Assembly (NCBI GenBank): GCA_009103225.1
Contig: RHPI01002533.1
Coordinates: forward strand, 1,005,758 to 1,046,660
DNA: 40,903 nucleotides
Direction of reading: 5' to 3'
Source: Chlorokybus atmophyticus
Lineage: Eukaryota > Plantae > Mesostigma and Chlorokybus algae
The notes beneath the pieces are model-generated. The model searched no databases and was not told where the DNA came from. It saw only the letters and a program-made list of their open reading frames with translations. The position numbers were made by a program, and so were the translations under genes. This document shows, in pieces, positions 36,216 to 40,903 of the stretch; the stretch's first letter is position 1; every line of letters starts with the position of its first letter.

Positions 36216-37277
36216 ACTGACCAGAGCCTGTGAAGAATCTACTACTCACCGCTATCGACCTATCACCGCTTCTGTTGAGTTCTCAACGGAATAGTACTCC
36301 TTTGCTCATTGCTGTAAGGATGTTGGTCACAAGTCCTGCCTGTGTGCGTGCTATGCTCTTGGCCCATCCAGGGCCTTGTGTTCCTCCAGTATGCCTGGTC
36401 TGGGTGCACCCTAGCCTCCTAGCCTAGCCTCCTCCTGCCTCAACCACGTGGCAGCACAGAATCCCGACAGACTCTTCTCTCGCCGCCGCCTGCCGCGGCC
36501 CCAGGCCAAAGCCAGGCCACAGCCAGGCCAGACCCAAACCAGGCCACCCACCCACACTGAGTGGCCCACTCATCCAAGTCGGGTGTACCGGTAGTAAAAA
36601 TTGACTGCTTTTCCCAACCCCCCAGAAATAAATGACACAGGCATGGTGCCAGATGCCCCTTGTACACTATGCCTTGCATTGGCAGAGACAGGCAAAGCGA
36701 GGCGGTTTCTCTGGCATAAGTTACTCTAATCAGCCAGACAAAAACGCTCGGTTTCATGACAGACTCTGCTCTGAAGCGAAGCGAAACGCTCTCTCACGTG
36801 ACTCTGCAGCCTGAGCATGCGGCCGACCCCACACGGAGGAGTATCGAGAGTCACCGCATACCGGATCTCTTGCAGTTGTTGCTGCAACTCCGTTCTGAAA
36901 CGCTCACAACAACGGCTGGCGACAACGCTGGGGAGAGAGCGGGGGCGAGCAAAGCAAACCCTAATGGTGCATTAGCGCGCGGCGGGAGGAAACAGACCAG
37001 AGCGCTGTTGCCGCCGCCGAGCAGGAGGTGGTGGCGGTGGTAGCGGCGGAGGTGGTGGTCCTGGAGAGGAGAGGAGGGAGGCCGTTGGTACGGTTGTTGT
37101 GTGCACAGGGAGTTGCGCCGCGAGAGGAGGTGGGTGGAAGGTCAGGGGTGGTGGTGAGGTGCAGCTGCTGCATGGCGCATTGTCGCCTCCGCTGCTGCGG
37201 GCTGGCGGCCCGGCGGTGGTGGTGACGGCGGCGGGGTGGGGGGTGGGGGCCTTGACGGCAACGGAGCAAGGAGAGGC

Positions 37278-39949
37278 ATGGCCGACCGGGTTGCGGTCGA
37301 CGACTCTGTCGCTGCCGCTTCGTCCCCCGCTGCTGCTCCGCCGCCCGCCACTGTCGCTGCTGCTCCCGCGCAGCCTCAGCACTCTCTCGCAGCAGTAGCC
37401 AAGTCGCTGCTTGCTGGTGGCGTCGCCGGGGGCGTGTAAGTTTGAAAACTCAACCAACAAAGCATGCGCTAAGCTTGCTCTTTCTCCAGTACATGCAGCA
37501 TGCTTCACATGAGCTGCGACCATGTGCATGCACGACAACAGCCAATTTGCAATTGTTGTACGGTAATGACACAATGCCGTTGCAGGTCGCGCTCTGCTGT
37601 GGCTCCATTGGAGCGGTTGAAGATCTTGTTTCAGGTGCGCAACGCTGCTTGGGGTGTCATTGGCTGTGGGTTTACGTGCGTGCAACACTTCACGTTGCTA
37701 GCACAGGTGCTTTGATAGTGTCTAGTATACAACATGTGTTCAAAGTGACGATCATTATCAAGGACAGACCAGGGTGGTGTGCACATGCGCAGCATGGTAG
37801 TTGCTTTGTTCTCTCGCAATGTAGATGTTTTCACCTGAAATTCATGTCCGTTGAAGTTGCAGTGTGCCCAACCATTTTTAGCTATGCGGAGCCATGACTT
37901 GCACACTTTTGAGGCTGACCTAGCTTACGCTCAACTGCATTGCCATTGAATTGCGCAATGTATAAACTTAGTAGACGCAAGTGTTCATACTGTAGTTGTA
38001 CTGCTGCGTGCCTGTGTCAAGCTCTTACATACGATCTTGCTCACGTACTTTGCTGTCGCTTTTCAGGTCCAAGATCCCAAGAATCCAAAGTATACAGGTG
38101 ACATGCCGTGGCATTGATGCACAATCTACAGTGTGCATGTGCTAACAAGCACCACGTGTTGATTGCAGGCATCTGGCAAGGGCTCAGAGCCATATGGTGA
38201 GTGGTCATTCAGCAAGTACTACTTGTGTGGTTTGCACTGGCTATGTGGGCACGCAGTTGCAGCAGCCATCTCAGATTGCAAGCTATCAGCAGCAGTAACA
38301 TCAATCATCGCAGGCGCAGTGAAGGCCTGCGAGGCTTTTTCAAGGGCAATGGTGCCAATTGTGCACGCATTATACCGAATTCCGCAGTGAAGTTTTACAG
38401 CTACGAGCAAAGCATCAAGTAAGCTAGAGCTGAAGGGTACATGCAGTTGCTTTTCTTTGTTTGTCCTGCAGTCAGTAAACTGGTATGCTTACGGCTGTGT
38501 TTGCAGTGCCATTGTATGGGCTCAGAAGCTTCGTAAACACAATGATGCCAGCGCACCAGGTAACCATACTGGCATGTGTGTGTCTCTGCTGTTGTTGGCA
38601 ACTGCTCACATTTGGTGCGCCTGTAGATCCTGAGTTAACTCCAGCATTGCGGTTGTATGCTGGGGCCACTGCTGGTATTATCGCCATGTCGGCAACATAT
38701 CCGCTTGAGATGGTGCGCGGTCGACTCAGTGTACAGGTCAGTACATTGGGCAGTACACATTGCGCATCATGGCCTGCCAGCAGCAAGGGAGGGGAACAAC
38801 CTAACCTTACGGTTGTCACACAAGCCTCATGGGACATGCGCAAGCTGTCCATGTCCAGGCATGCTGACTGAAGGAGTTGTGTTGGATCATGTCTTGCACT
38901 GCCTTCTGGTGTACAGTGCTCTCAGGCTCACTGCGCGGAATACAACAGGCTGACGGTGTTCACGCGCGCTATCGTGGCCTAAGCCATGCCTGCTACACAA
39001 TCCTCAAAGAGGAAGGCTTCTTTGCGCTATACAAGGGATGGTTGCCCTCCGTCATCGGAGTGGTATGTCACAGCAGCACTGATTTTTTCATGCTTAGTGG
39101 TCATAAGTCACTTGTACCAATCCCATTGTGTCTTTCAGGTTCCTTACGTGGGCCTGAACTTTGCCGTTTACGAGACCCTGAAAGACTTAGTGTTGAAGAC
39201 TCGCCAGGGATGGAGGGATGAGCCCGAGCTTCTAGAAGAGGAGCATATAGGACTGCCGCAGGCCATGAGCAGTGATGACTTGGGAGTTGTCACACGGCTA
39301 GCGTGTGGAGCTGTCGCTGGGTCAGTTGGACAAACAGTGGCATATCCTTTGGATGTTGTACGGCGGCGTATGCAGGTACGTAATTTGCGCTTTCTTAAAT
39401 GCGGATGGCTCCTGCCGTGCAATTGATTGGAATGCCATGCATCTGGCTTTGGAAAGTTGCACTTCAATAGTCTGTACTCTTGCGGTATCCAACTGACCGG
39501 TGATCAGCACGCTTCTGGTTGTATCGAGCAGCGTGAACGTCTGCTGTGAATGTGGAGCCTGATGGTTGGTGGATGGGTGCAGGTAGGGGGTTGGCAGGGG
39601 GCATCCAGAGCCATCCTCGCAGCAAATGGTAGCGCTGAGGTGCCTTCATCTTTGGCATACAACGGCATGATTGATTGCTTCCAGCGCACTGTGCGTGAGG
39701 AAGGGTGGCGTGCTTTGTACAAGGGCCTGTGGACAAATTATGTGAAGGTACACAACAGCTCGTGCCAACAAACGCTTCCGTGGTGTGCCTGTGCTACTGC
39801 CTGTCCAACAAGATTGCGTGTGCATTGCTGCAGCGCGCTAACAGGTACCCTGCTACTGTGCGCAGGTTGTACCATCAATTGCCATTGCGTTTGTGACATA
39901 TGAGCAGATGAAGCGATTGCTAGGGGTAGATCTGCGCATCTCAGAGTAG
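37278..39949 (+). CDS. ADNT1: Mitochondrial adenine nucleotide transporter ADNT1-like (SLC25 carrier)
   Basis: KSLLAGGVAGGV|SRSAVAPLERLKILFQ|VQDPKNPKYTG, FKGNGANCARIIPNSAVKFYSYE, YPLEMVRGRLSVQ, YKGWLPSVIGVV|PYVGLNFAVYETLK, YPLDVVRRRMQ, VVPSIAIAFVTYEQMKRLLGVDLRISE TAG; three carrier signature repeats. Confidence 0.93.
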
Positions 39950-40855
39950 GATTGCACAACACAGTTTTGGCGATGGGTTGCTCCATCAGCACAGCACAGA
40001 CGCAGCTGCGAGGACTCTGGCACAGGGTTCAGTTCCTCTGCAGGCAAATGTAAAGGCCTTGTACATGCAGCCTTTGGACATTACGTTACGTTAGTGTATC
40101 GCCTTGATCCACTCTTACCTCCGAGCATCGATCGAATGCATTCGGTTAAGTGCCATTGTTTTCCGCATGCAAGCATTTGCAGTAACAGTGCCACAGCAGT
40201 AGAGCCAGTACTTTCAGATAGGTACCCCTGCAACAACCCTGCACTCCAGGTGCTGCGTTGCACTGTTGGCGTTAGTAGTACACGCCTGCTGTGGTATGTG
40301 TTATCAGCATACCGGTCGAGCAGCTGCACCAATTGCAAGGAACACATGGGCTATTGACAGCCCAGTGCATTACTTGGAGTGTTGCCCTGGCCTATCTGAG
40401 CTCGTGCGTTGCTTAGTGGCACCATTGCAGGTGCTGCGAAATGTGATGCGGACACTGGCTTGCAAACTGTTGTTATGTGTACTTATGCGTTCTATGGATG
40501 ATACTGTTGTCAACCGCATATTCGATTGCCAACTTGGTGCCACCACCTTTGCTAAAGCAATAATTGGCTCAGTTCTGAAGGACGTATACTTGTGTGTTAT
40601 ATATAACTTACAGCAGAGCTGCGCGAAGCACGCTCTGAGAAACAAATGTATGCACAAGGCAAACCATAGAGCAAGCATGCACGCACACGAGTATGAGCAC
40701 ACACAGTCAAAGCAATAAATTAGGCGGGGGCCAAGGTAGAGCTAAGACTCTAGCCTAGACGTGACACTGATAAGCTAGACCCTCAGGCAGCGACGGTGTG
40801 GGGTGCAAGCATTGGAACGGCAAGGGAAGAGGGTAGCAACCTGCAGAACGCAGGG

Positions 40856-40857
<2 letters not shown>

Positions 40858-40903
<46 letters not shown>
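40858..40903. repeat. (AT)n microsatellite running to the window end
   Basis: Direct reading. Confidence 0.95.

Noticed and set aside
6353-39949. Alternative genetic code (TAA/TAG read as Gln, as in some ulvophytes)
   Set aside because: Conserved proteins end at TAG exactly where homologs end (ADNT1, F-box), and long exons contain no in-frame TAA or TAG.

Overview
Intron-rich eukaryotic nuclear DNA from a green alga (Viridiplantae). The plant-type gene set (AAF, SCAB-like, FBS-type F-box, NIPA9, ADNT1) plus a cilia-family CFAP97 gene suggest a flagellate chlorophyte or early streptophyte; the species cannot be determined. Standard genetic code, GT-AG introns. Nine spliced protein-coding genes can be reconstructed by hand: an animal-type heme peroxidase (minus, runs off the left edge), NIPA9-like transporter, NUP88, RlmN-like radical SAM methyltransferase, FBS/SKIP27-like F-box protein, AAF-like plastid protein, SCAB-like Ig+PH protein, CFAP97-domain protein with a long acidic tail, and an ADNT1-like mitochondrial carrier. 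Two gene-poor tracts (about 17.1-20.9 kb and 24.9-30.7 kb) hold a TA-flanked MITE, microsatellites, a degenerate direct repeat and several perfect hairpins. Most notable: a 45-bp-arm hairpin that starts at a 5' splice site of the peroxidase, replacement of the peroxidase distal His by Trp, a recurring class of perfect short-loop palindromes, a GC-rich island of consecutive stem-loops, and a SCAB homolog lacking the actin-binding half. The exact 1097-bp tandem duplication around a single N is probably an assembly artefact. All family assignments come from recalled motifs, not database searches.
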